A stretch of DNA of 64,000 nucleotides from Klebsormidium nitens (Eukaryota; Plantae; Klebsormidiophyceae): contig DF237046.1 in assembly GCA_000708835.1 (NCBI GenBank), forward strand, positions 132,079 to 196,078. The letters are read 5' to 3'. The position numbers and the translations under genes were made by a program. The notes under the pieces were generated by a model. The model had not been told where the DNA came from and did not search any database. It saw only the letters and a program-made list of their open reading frames with translations. The stretch's first letter is position 1. The number at the start of each line of letters is the position of its first letter. Positions 10,829 to 22,103 of this stretch are shown here, piece by piece.

Positions 10829-13420
10829 TCAGTCTTCTAACTTAAGCAACTCGATGTCAAAGAGCAACGTCTTATCAATGAGGCCCTGATTCTTGAGGAC
10901 GAAGTCCAATGCGCGCTGGCCCTGTATTAAGAAAGGGAGCATTGAATCAGCACATTTTAACCTTTAAGTGCATCGAGTGAACGCTAAGTCTGCAATCGCT
11001 CTCATCAGACGAAAGTCGCTGCAGTTGAGAGACGCAAGCCTTTTCTTCCATTTCTCTAAGGACAAGAGAGCAGCCAGATTGTCCGTACTGGTCAGTAGGA
11101 GGCTTTCAAAAGCCACAGCCTCCTCGGTGTTGATCACACCCGCCATGCAAACCCTGGACACAGAACTAGCACGTACCGAGAATGTTTGGGGCTGCGGCCC
11201 AGCCTTGGAGTAGTCGTTGTTCGGGTAGCCAAGCTCGGGGGGCACAATAATCCTGCAAGGCACGCACAACCATCACCCTTATCATGTGAGCATCACCCGA
11301 GCTAGTTAAACGAGCCCATGATCCTCAGGTATTAGCAATAAGCGCGCTCGAGCACTACTACCCCTGCGCCTGGAAGCCGTTCTTTTTGACCAGTGGCTCA
11401 CCTTCGTATTGACCCTACACGCATCCCAGCCACCGCTTCTTCAAAGGCTGGAATGACCTGCACCCAGCAAAGCCAGACCCGTTTTCTGTCGGCCTTGCAC
11501 ATGTTTGTGAAAGGACAGTCCTAACTTCGTGTGTGCTCTTGCAAGACGGCCAAAACGTGGTACAACACAGGGACGGAATACATTCTGCCGAAAACCCTGT
11601 CAGTACGAAACCAGATGATGGGTCCGCCGCAATCGGTCAGCTCACCTTGTTGTCCCCCAAGCGGAACCTGTAGAAATCCTTTTCAGACCCCTGCAGCCAC
11701 AAGCATGTCGGGGGTGAGCGTCCAAACAGCCCAGCCGATATTGCCCTTCGACTTGCCAAATGTGGAGTCCGCCAAGGGCCAGGGCAACGGAAGGCGCGCA
11801 CGTTTGCAACAAGCGTTCCTTGGGATCTATCTAAAAGATGTATCTAATCGTCTACGAATTACACAATCTTCGTAAGTCAGCCTTTGAATCTAGCAACTGA
11901 AGCTATCCAGCACAGGTGCGCTCAAACTCGTTTTGGAACAGGTCGCACGATGCGCCCACCTCGAAAGAGCCTCCCCTCGACTTATTCCGAGCCTCGAAAG
12001 GGCGGCCCAAGTACCCGATAGTGTACCCATCCCAGTCGACCTGAAAGACAGCAAGAAGGGCCTGTCTAGAAGGGCGGCAAGCCACATTTCGAGTGGGTGA
12101 CTTGCCTCGAAAGAGCCACCTTTAGCCTTGTTCCTTGCCTCAAAGATGCGGCCGTAGTAGCCAATGGTGTATCCATCCCAGTCAATCTGCAGACAGTGCA
12201 TCGGGGAAAGGCTTTCCCAGCAACCCAGACGGATGAAAGTACATAATGAAGAGGTGCAGCTATTACTGAGGTGAAAAGGGAAACATGCTGCATCACAGCC
12301 TGGCAACCTGGAGAGTACTTTCGCATTTACATCAGTACTCAATACTCGTGTCCTTAATGGCAGCCAAGCTGCAGCAGGGATGCGTTTGCTCACCACGGCT
12401 ACTTGCCCTTTCTTAGCTTGTGGTCCAAGCCCTGGTTTCAACTCCTGCAGGGGTAGGGAGTCCAAATGTTGCATCAGAGTCCAGCTCAGTCCAGTAAACT
12501 ACATTGAGCCACACAACATGCAGCGGGCATGTTGATAGCTTTCACATAACAACAAACCTGTCTAGAGCTGCATTTGCTTTCCCTTGCTTTCTTCAGATCC
12601 ATACTCAAGCTCCCATGACTGTACTTTGGTACAGGCCGGAAGACTGTGAGCTTGAAGCTGGGGCTTGCACAGAAGTCCACGATGGGCCTCCGTAACGGTT
12701 AGCCGTCATCAATCCTTGACCAAGCGGTGGTTCAAGTAAGTACCATCGAAGGTTGTTGAAGACTGCAGCCCTCAACAGTTGGGGAAGCGGGGCACGTGCT
12801 TACCTTGTACTGCAACCCGGTTTCAGTCAGGATGTAGTCAGGACCGGCCCTCATCGCAGACTTACCGTAGTCTTTGCCTCGAATAGCGGGCACTGCACAC
12901 GCAAAGAGCTATCATCAGATTTTTTTTCTGCAGAAACTTCCGCCATCCTCTCAGCCAAGCCAGTATCCAACCTTAAGAGCATCAAGAAAGATCACAAGTG
13001 CCATGGAGAGCTTGGTACAACGAGGACATATAGTACGGCAGTACAAAGGAGGGCGCCCGTTGTTTACTCACTATCGGTGAATTTCCGGTTTCCTTCAGCA
13101 GCATTTCCTTCAGCAGCATTTGCTCTTCCATAATGAGCTGCAATTGCCGACGCTGCTGCCGCTAGCGCCAGCAACACCTGCCGTCTGCCCTCTGCGTGTG
13201 TAGCAATTGGCAAGGCGCCCTTCGCCGACTCGTCTTGCCTGCTGTCGGCTCTTACTGAGCTCACACCTTTTCTAGAACACTGGCTTCTCAGATGTACATC
13301 TAATGATGGTCCCTTAGATAAACGAGCACATTTCTCAAATCGTTCTGCCGCCGTCCTCAAGCATGATTGCTTTGGAAGCACAAACCTGGGGCCACCCAAC
13401 GTTAGAGCATCCGAAGCCAT
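10829..13420 (-). CDS. FKBP16-3: Thylakoid-lumen FKBP-type peptidyl-prolyl isomerase, FKBP16-3 type, with a duplicated internal exon
   Basis: Transit peptide plus twin-arginine signal (GRRQVLLALAAAASAIAAHYGRANA/AE). Exons: MPAIRGKDYGKSAMRAGPDYILTETGLQYK; ELKPGLGPQAKKGQVAV; [I/V]DWDGYTIGY[Y/L]GR[I/P]FEARNK..GGSFE (two copies); GSEKDFYRFRLGDNK; VIPAFEEAVAGMRVGSIRR; IIVPPELGYPNNDYSKAGPQPQTFS; GQRALDFVLKNQGLIDKTLLFDIELLKLED*. Confidence 0.95.
11960..12040 (-). other. FKBP16-3 alternative exon B (81 nt, VDWDGYTIGYLGRPFEARNKSRGGSFE)
   Basis: Acceptor tgtctttcag|GTC, donor GAG|gtgggc, phase 0/0, no stop codon. Confidence 0.85.
12106..12186 (-). other. FKBP16-3 alternative exon A (81 nt, IDWDGYTIGYYGRIFEARNKAKGGSFE)
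   Basis: Acceptor tgtctgcag|ATT, donor GAG|gcaagt (GC donor), phase 0/0, no stop codon. Confidence 0.85.
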
Positions 13421-13637
13421 TCTGGGTCTGGGCTTGTCAACTCTTGACCAGCGGTCCCCACCTAGTCACGTCCAGAAACTCACGAGAGACCAAGTTCCAT
13501 CTCCAGCTCTCTAGAGTCTAGTAGTAGATGCTGACGAGTGACAAGAGGTTTGCAGACGTGAAAGGACGTAGGTTTGCTAGTCTTACGATATGCGTCATTG
13601 ATGATGTCACACAGGGTTAACCTCCTAACGCACACTA

Positions 13638-13689
13638 AAACCCTAAGGGTAATATTGAGCAGTAGCCCGGTTTTTAACAAACCCTAAGG
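13638..13689. promoter_or_regulatory. Two telo-box-like motifs (aaaccctaagg) in the FKBP16-3/rhomboid divergent promoter
   Basis: Identical 11-mer aaaccctaagg at 13638-13648 and 13679-13689. AAACCCTA is the known plant telo-box; function here is inferred only. Confidence 0.4.
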
Positions 13690-14323
13690 CGTTCCGCCAG
13701 AGCGCACCCTTACCCACCCTAACCCCCCAGCTAACCCCACCAAGATCACAGGTTTGCCCTCATTGTAACCGGAATCTGCCCCGAGCACTTCACCGCACCC
13801 GGTGAAACCTGGCGGTACCAACCATACCGACAAGTACCGTACCCCACCACTGCTATCGCTGATGTCACCGATGACGTAGTTTTGAAGACTAGCAAAGTTA
13901 TGTAGTCTGCTGGGTGAAAGCGTTCTCCAGGTGAATATAAGGGCTCGTGTCGACAGACTTCTTATGAAATCTCAACTGACGGTGATGACCCCGGCACTCC
14001 AAGCTTGGTACAATCTTGATATTAAAGTGAATTAGCGTAGGTAAAGAACGGTACCAGAGGAAGCCCCAATAACCCTCCGTGTTGCGTAATAAGCGTCCAG
14101 AGTGTTGTCCGCTTTGCCCGCGTATTGGAGATATATTCCAAACGCTCTGTTCTGCTGCAGTGAAGTTGCGAAATGTTGATCAACAGTGAAGAGCTGCAGG
14201 AGGAAGACATCATTTGTCATCTAAGCCTAAACCTTTCAAAGCTCCGAGCATCACTTTTATTTGCTGGGACCTAGACGCAGAGCCCAATCCTTCTAGCTGT
14301 TGTTGATCACTGACTTCCTTTCA

Positions 14324-17124
14324 ATGGACGGTGTCTACTTCTCTTCGATGGCGGCGGCCGCCTCAGCAGCTTCCGACTGCATCACTCGCAGTGCTTTCGT
14401 AGCAGCCACACGGCATTTTTTGAAAAACCATGAGCATCAGCTGCACACCCAGCAGCCTGATCGACCTTATCACTCCAGTCCACAGACGCAGAGCAGCTCC
14501 TGTGGTGGTGGAGGGTCTGGCATGTTTGGAGCGGGCGTCGTATTAAGCCGCCGACGGAGAGGGATGCAATGCCGTGCATCGAGCGGAAGGGAGGCCAGTT
14601 CACTGGATCAAAGTAGCAAAGCATTGGTGCCTGGGCCAATGTCATTCGGACTATTGCGGTTAAATTGCGGGGTTGCGGCGCTAGGTGTTGCGACCATCGG
14701 TATGGCAATTCAAACCCCATTTTGCTTCTTCTGCCGGCTGACGTGATCTTTCTGGATGGCTCCATTTTTTGACCATTGATGGATTAGTGATGCCGCGGGG
14801 AGAGTCCTCTTTGCAGAATGTACAGCTCTAGTTGCTCATCAGAGTTCGTTTCAATTGCAGTACTTGCTGCGCTTAATCCTAGCCTGATGAGGCAGCTGCT
14901 CGGTTGCAGGAAGATCGAAGTTAGATGTGACTCGGGGGAAGGGACGGTCTAGCAGCTCTCGCCGGGAGTGGGAGAGGTCTGAAGACCGGGAGCCCCATAT
15001 CCTGGAAAGGCTGCTGGCACCGTTCAGGGATCGGGGACGTTTCTGGACCAACGTGTTCCTAGCAGCGAATATTGTGTAAGTGACAGCCACGGCCCTTGTA
15101 CAGTCTCTAAACTGTTTAGCAGAGCCTTCGAATATTCCCCCGCGGACGCTTGCTTAGCATCGATTCACATACTTTTCGAGAAGCACGTCAGCCGGCTCCT
15201 GTCCAATGTGCCTGGTTGAGTTTGTGCCAGTGGTTTCTCCAGTCAAAGCTAACCGCAAACATGTCACGTTGTTGCCCTTACTACAAGACGTACTATAAAG
15301 CAGGCATCCACCCCACTGTCTTTGCAGTGTCTTCATGGGCCAGCTGGCCTTGGGGAGCGATCGTGTCGTGATGTGGGGCGCAAAAGTGAACGAGTTCATA
15401 GACCAGGGACAATACTGGCGCTTCATCACGGCAAATTTCCTTCATTCTGGAGTCAGCCATCTGCTGGTGAGGGGCAAGTGAAACGGCGTAGTAGACTGCA
15501 TGAATGTCCAAACAGAAATAAGCCAAGGATTTCACAATAACCGCACGTTGTGTAATTTTGTGTCATTTCTCAACTCGAGTGTCTCATGTTCAGCCCTGTT
15601 ACTCATAGCCCGTCTGAAATGAAGTTTGCAAGGCAAGAAATCAATGGTGCCTCTTTGGAAGCCCCAAAGGACTCCCTCTTTCTCCAGATGAACTGTTACT
15701 CGTTGAACAACGTTGGCCCATCCTGGGAGCGCATTGCTGGGGCGCCCCGCTTCCTGACTGTGTATGCAGCGGCCAGCCTGGCCACTGTGCTGGCCAGCTA
15801 CAGTTTCACCCCGCAGCCGTCCGTGGGGGCATCGGGGGCCATCTTTGGACTGGTGAGATCGCTGCTGGGTGACGAGAAAGATGCATGATCAGAACGGTTT
15901 AGCGAAACAACGGTCCAGCAAGTTTTCTCTGCCGTTGGTTCTTTGACGGACCAGTCATGTCTAGCTGAAGAACCCCACAACGTTGCCACTTTCTCTAGGG
16001 AGAGAGTCGTGCACCGCTTGGCAGTTGTCCCGCTAGCAAGTCATTCGGCTTTAACGTTCTAGCGGCTCCTTGTCCTGGCCTGCAGTAGTCGGTCTTGTCT
16101 TACAGTGACCTTGCATAAAGGGACAGGGATTCAAGTGGACTGAATTTGTGCCCAGGTGGGGGCCCTGACCGTGTTCTCCTACCGGTACATGCGCCTCTTT
16201 CGGAGCGGGGAAGGCCGCGAGCTCTTCAACTCGCTCGTGCGCACTGTCGCTGTCAACGCCCTCCTTGGGGTGGCCATCCAGCGCTGGGACAACTGGGGCC
16301 ATGTGAGCATACCAGCAGTGTACGGCCATGAGATTGAAAATGCGGACTAAACACTTTGGTTCATCGTTGGCCTCAGCATTGCTCGTGATGGCACCATAAA
16401 GGTCACATGGTCAGCGTCAGCGTCCTCCGCTGGTCAGAGTCCGGCGGTGTGGGGCATGCTTGGGTCAGTCAGACATCTCTTTGATGTGAGCTGATGAAAT
16501 AGAATGGCATGTCTTTACAGGCAGGAGGTTTCCTCGGCGGAGCAGCTGCAGCCTGGATCCTGGGGCCTTCGTATGAGGTGAGGAAACCAACTTCGAGAGT
16601 GTTGTTCATCAAGCGAGGGCCTTGGACAGCTTGCTATATGGATAGGGCGGTCTTGTACTCCGATCGCCCAGGAATCTCGGGGCTACTAGCTTCCATCTTT
16701 AAAGTAATTGTTTGGGTCAACAGGGCCGATTGCACAGGGGCTGCAACAGGTGTCTAGAGTGCCAGACACTTTTGCAGTGCTTGTCGCAGTCCACTTTGCA
16801 GGATGCGACCATTTTATGCGTCTACTTCGACCCATTTTGACAGCGCTTCAGGGCCTTTAGTGTTTCAATTGGATGCGACCATGTCTTCTCAATCCTGGCC
16901 AGAAGTCATCATTCGGTCTGGTCCAGGTTTCCTTGCCCTAGAATAGCATCTGGCGGTTTTTATCACAGTAGGCAACAGCTCTTCACGTCAAGCATCAGAG
17001 CTGGTCATTGTTCATTGTCGTGCAGGTGAACTACTATGCGGGTTTGATGGTAGACCGGCCACCCTTAAGAAGGCTACTGGATCAATTTGATAAAAGCAAC
17101 GGGAAGAAAGATACGCCGCTGTGA
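14324..17124 (+). CDS. RBL10: Plastid rhomboid-like serine protease (RBL10 type)
   Basis: Ala/Ser-rich transit peptide, then exons RFWTNVFLAANIV; VFMGQLAL..MWGAKVNEFIDQGQYWRFITANFLHSGVSHLL; MNCYSLNNVGP..PSVGASGAIFGL (catalytic GASG); VGALTVF..RWDNWGH / AGGFLGG (catalytic His); VNYYAGLMVDRPPL...DTPL*. Start codon is 14324 or 14348; first intron boundaries are uncertain. Confidence 0.9.
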
Positions 17125-18470
17125 TAACAAATATCTTTAGCAGTAGGTCTTGTATAATATCGCAAATGTTGCCTCAAGCTGAGGCAGGCAAATAGTACCG
17201 ATCAGCAGCTTGCAATACTGCAGTCCCTTTATGTAGAGGTGATCAACAGAATTGAAGCCACTACTGAAAGACGTTTACAGTTCTCTGAGGCTCGCTGGAA
17301 GATACCTGGAATATGAAAGTGTACATTGCAAGTACAAGTAAAGAGGGTCCCATGCGCCTCATGAGATCAGTCACGCCTTCCATTGCATGCGACTCCTTTG
17401 GTCGAAGAATTGCATTGTAAAAACCCACATACATGCATTGTTCGATAATCACAGCTGAAGCCGCGCTGCTTTGTCATGCAAGTCGAAGGGAATTATCGCT
17501 CCATTCGCTATAAGGCTTGTGCATGATCACATGCATCGTCTTTACTCAAAGGTCGCAATTTCGCTTCGCCGCCATGCCAGCAATCTAGTGGCGGATAGAC
17601 ATAGCTAGCTGGATTGCAAATCTCAATTAACCGGTACGTGCATGCGGGCCACTGCAAGCGCATGCATTTGTGAAGGTTGCGCGCAACTTTGCCCGATGGC
17701 TCATGGCATGATTTAGGTATTGCATTACGCGGATGGCCGACTCCCAATACATATACGAACCAATTTGATGGCCGATCTCACTAGGATGCACATGCAGGTC
17801 TTGATTTGACGCAGGCTCGCTTTATATAGTGATAGCCACTGAGTTAACGCATAAAATGATGCACCGTCGTTCGAAATTGCCAACAGATATAGCCCATGAT
17901 TTGCACCATTCGTAAAATTAACATTCAGCCTTTTAGTAGACATTAGAACCGTACCGTCGTAAGCTTATCATGATATCAGTTTATACAATTGGGCCCCATG
18001 CAATGGTTGGCCGGTGGCCGGGCAGCTAGATTAACACATGCTCGCCAGGATCGATCATTCTGAGGTTCATGCAAATTGCTTCTTGATCTGCTATGCAACT
18101 CGATGTATCATTATACCAGCGAAAGACTGCATTTAAGAATAGCACACAGATGTGTGTAGTAGGCAAAGCAGATTACATGTGCTTGCGACCATAATAATCG
18201 CAGTCTCTGCATCATACAAAATTGTAGCATCCTCAGGTTTTATATCTGCTTGTACACAACGGTTCAAATTGAGTTTTCAGTAGGAGGAGGCTGACCACCT
18301 CCGGATCCTTTTTAAGTTTACTGTCATATGTACACCTACTACTTAACCACCATATGTATAGAAGTTCTAATAGGATCCGCAGATCTGTCTCTCGAGATAT
18401 GTCCAGGAATGTCCGTTTATTATCCACAAGGCTAATGTGCTGCCGCTCATTTGCCAGCCGTACTGGAATC

Positions 18471-21400
18471 TTAGTGTTGGGTTTCCGACGAGCTTGATTC
18501 CGACTCCAGCATGGCCCATCCCTCATCTTCAATTTCCCCTTGGTCGAAGTGAGGACCGACCTGCTGCTGGAAGACCCCCAGGTATTGGCTGGTCAAGTTG
18601 CTCGGAGAAGGGCCATACAGGCCCATGTGAAGAGCCTGCGCTGACCCTACATCAAAGGCCTCCTGGCTCTCGACAATGTTCGAAGCAGTGACCCCGCCTT
18701 GGTTCTCCCGGTCTGCGACATAGTTGCTCGCATCTCCTCCCGGAGCCTGGCTCAGTCTCATGCTACTGTTGGTGGACTGGAAGTTGGACTGAGCAGACAG
18801 CGACAGGAGTGACGGGAGCGACGACTGCAGGGAATGCTCACTGTCCCCTGCGGTGCTGTCGGAACTGGGGATAACTGCTCGAGGGTGCCCCTCAGCGTGG
18901 TCGATGTTTCCTGCCGGTGATCCCCCCTCGCTGGCAGAAGCGGCACTAACTTCCGGGTGGTCCGTGTCAGCCTCTGTTTGCGGCACCGAGAGAGTTTCTA
19001 TCTCTGCAGCTCTGCTTAAGATGGTTTCTCCTTGAGAATGCGAGGAGCGGCGTAAGGCAGACCCTGCCTGGCCGACAGTCAGAAACGACGACGGCGCGAG
19101 CGGGCCGCTGAGCCCACTGCCGGAGGCCAGCCGCTCAACAGCCGCCAGGTCCTCACGGAGCATGGCCACCTCAGCCCTGCATAAGACATGCGCCGTTAGA
19201 CAACGCGTTCACCAAAATAATCTCAAGGCAATCTGCCGTGAGAAGGCCTCATAGCAGTACGAACGAACAGCAAGCAGCTAGAGATGCATGTGACGAGGCA
19301 GGTCAACGGGTCTCCTGTTCAACGACAAGCAGAAAAGCAACTCGGCGCACCACCAAAATGCCTGGTTCACGAGGCTCACAGGGCTGACTCAGCCCAACAT
19401 TTCAGCAAAGCATACCAAGCATTATGAGGATAGAACAGTGCGAGCATTTATGGACCAGGTTGCTTACAGCATGGAATCCACCATTGTTCCTTTCTCCATG
19501 ATGAAGAGATGCAACTGCGAGGGGAAAGAAGGCTTTGTCATATAGGACGTCCTTCACACAGTCCTCAAATATCTTTTGACTTTGCAAAGCGTAAATGAGA
19601 CAGCATGGTCAAGAAGACCGTCTTTGATTTGCAGATGACAAGCTCGAACGTTTGAAGCCCCGCAACCATCATCACTTTTGAATGCTTACAAGAAGCTGAT
19701 ATACCCAAGATGGTCCAAATTCATGCATGATCGAAACAAAGCGCTTCTATCTGAAGATGGGAATCGAACCCTCAGTAGCCTGACCGCTACGACCATGCTC
19801 ACCTTGTTGGCCTCAGCCTCTTGTCTATCAAGGTCCGCCTTCTCTACTTCTGCCTTGTCCAACTTGGTTTGCACAACCTCAAGCGCTGCCTGGACCACAG
19901 CCCGTCGCTTGGCCGCTTCTGCGTCGGCCAGTACAATGGCAGCCTCTGTGGCCCCCATCCTCTCACGCAGGCCCACTTGCAGCTGCAGGTCAAGTCACAT
20001 CAAGAACTATAAGCTCATGTGTTGGTGGGGGGCGCTTTGAGGAGCTTACCATAGGCTGCTCTTCTGTATTTGACCATCAGCCAGCTTTCCCCACATGGTT
20101 GCAAAAACCCGGTAGTGGAAACATAAGCATGTGCGACACTTAAGCTGGCATCAGCAAAGGTGTGAGAGGCGCTCTAATGTAGGTGTGAGAGGCACTCTGA
20201 TGTATGCCGGGTCCAGAAGAGGGTTGAAGAATTGACCTCTATGGAGAGGCACCTCGAAAAAACTGTACATTACCCAGACTAGACACCATTAATGCCCTTT
20301 GGCGAAGTGGATTCTTCAGAAGGAATGCCCTTACGTGCTCCAATGTCGTCCTGATGGCCCTCCTCTCCTCCTGCAGGAGGGCCAGATTGCGGCGCAGCTC
20401 CTTTGCCTCCGTTCCCAGCATTGCCAACTCTCCATGGACCTCCCCGGACCGCCGCTCATTCTCTTCACTTAATCGGGCCACTGCTTGCTGGGTTTGCTCC
20501 ATGTGGCGCTGCTCTGCATGTCCTGCCACATTGGCTCTATCCCTGGCTGCATCCAGCTCGACTTCCAGTGCAGCTGCAGTGTTGCGCATCTGGGCATAAG
20601 CCGCGAGTTCTGCAGCCAGTCTCTCCTGCACGTTCCAGCGAGGAGGACAGGTCTAAGACTCAACCTGAAGGATTGAAGACTGAAGGCTGCCATAGTCGAC
20701 CACCTGCCCTACATGAGATGCAAGCAAGGTATGCTGGTAACATTGTCCACAGAAGGTGATCATCAAAAGGAGTTTCCAGCAAGTGCATGACATGACCAGA
20801 TCGTCAGGAGGTTAGAACAAAGTACAAACTCAAGGAGGATGCAACATAGTTAGTGAACAAATGACGACGCGATTGGCAGACCAAGGTCACATCAAAGCCA
20901 GCTGTGAAAGGAAGGGCATATGAAAGGGGAGGGCCAGAAAGAAAGGGGCACCTGTCAGTGGTATTGCTTACCTTCTCTTGCACTGACTGTTGGACGAGCA
21001 TCTCCAGAGTAGGAGACTGTCCTTGGGCAACTGTCTCTTGGCTACCGTGAAGAGTCCTCTCTTCAGGGGGTTCTATCCCCCTGACAGCCTCTTCCAAAGG
21101 GGCTTCCTCATGATTCCTCAGCGGCTCACTTGAACATACAGCTGGCCCCAAAAGCCCCTCAGGCGGACTTTCATGGGAAATATGAGCCTCAACATCCTCT
21201 GCCGAAGTCTCGGCGTCTAAGCAAGTGGACTGGTTCGCAGCCAATGCTGCTGCTTCCAGGTATGGGTTCCAACTGTCGAGAGCATTGGTCCCAGTCTCCT
21301 GAGAGGCATCGTGACCACTCTGAAGTTCGTCAGTCCCTGCTCCAGCGGAGGGACTACGGGTTTCCAACGGCTGACCTGCAAAACATCCAATACTAGAACA

Positions 21401-22103
21401 CTCAGTAAACAAAGCAATGAACAAACGCAAGCGATTTTGAGCACTTGCAATGGGTGGACCAAGAGCTTGACAAGCTTCAAAGAGAAGCTCTGTAACATGG
21501 CAGGCTTTTAAACCATGGCAAAAGTTGGTATCACATAGACTACGGTTCAGAATTGCTGAGAGATCATTTTTGTTCTGCAGACCTGAGCATGCTTCAAAGA
21601 GGCACTTACCTTCACTGCCACGTGACAAGCATGCAGGGTTCTCATGTACATGCGCTTCAGATGCTTCGCAAGCCAGAAAGAACGCAGCATCATCTTCATT
21701 CAGAAACCGTTCAGCTGCAGCACGAACGACGGTCCTGTCCAACTGCAGAGGAAGAAGCAAAAGATGAGGCAATCGCCTCCCCAAGCTTCTCTTATATTAT
21801 TTGTATTAACAAGAAGTTGTGAAAAGCCTTGATGCTTGCAAACATGAGGTAACATACTATCCACAGACGTTTTCACTGTACATTCACCAAGAACACACAG
21901 CTCACGAAACTGTGATAACAAACGGCTGAAAGGAGGCAGAATAATGCTGCAGAATGCAAGACGCTACAGAGAATATTCCTCAGAGTGGAAGGACGTACCT
22001 GAGGAAAGCTTTCTCGAAGCCCAGCGTAAATGACACGCCATTCCGCCATTCCGCCACCTTGAAACCTTGCTAATATGTCCTCTTCAAAACTCCGACTTCG
22101 CAT
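18471..22103 (-). CDS. Uncharacterised multi-exon protein: Cys-containing N-terminal region, long coiled coil, Ser-rich disordered tail
   Basis: Long open exons with splice signals: 22103 MRSRSFEED..FPQ|gt; large exon ~21720-20960; heptad-rich exons QERLAAELAAYAQMRNTAAALEVELDAARDR.. and GLRERMGATEAAIVLADAEAAKRR..EAEANK|gt; ~19590-19400; final exon ~19170-18471 ending EIEDEGWAMLESESSSSETQH*. No family recognised. Confidence 0.7.
20158..20203. repeat. Imperfect 23-nt tandem duplication in an intron
   Basis: aggtgtgagaggcgctctaatgt followed by aggtgtgagaggcactctgatgt (2 mismatches). Confidence 0.85.

Noticed and set aside
11960-12186. Idea that the duplicated FKBP exon is a collapsed-haplotype assembly artefact
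   Set aside because: The copies differ at 20 of 81 nt and have unrelated flanking intron sequence, far beyond allelic divergence.
1-17124. Possible functional cluster of lipid/plastid genes (caleosin, ABC1K8, FKBP16-3, RBL10)
   Set aside because: These are housekeeping genes without a shared pathway or tailoring enzymes. Adjacency is plausible by chance in a gene-dense alga, and there is no co-regulation evidence.
17261-17452. Small minus-strand ORF with a hydrophobic stretch (MEGVTDLMRRMGPSLLVLAMYTFIFQ)
   Set aside because: Short, no homology recalled, and it lies in a 3'-3' intergenic zone; cannot be supported.
19759-19794. tRNA-like boxes (GGTTCGATTCCC plus an A-box-like GTAGCGGTCAGG) on the minus strand in an intron
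   Set aside because: The boxes are only ~7 nt apart, with no anticodon arm or acceptor stem and an incomplete T-stem. This cannot form a tRNA and may be chance or a tiny SINE remnant.
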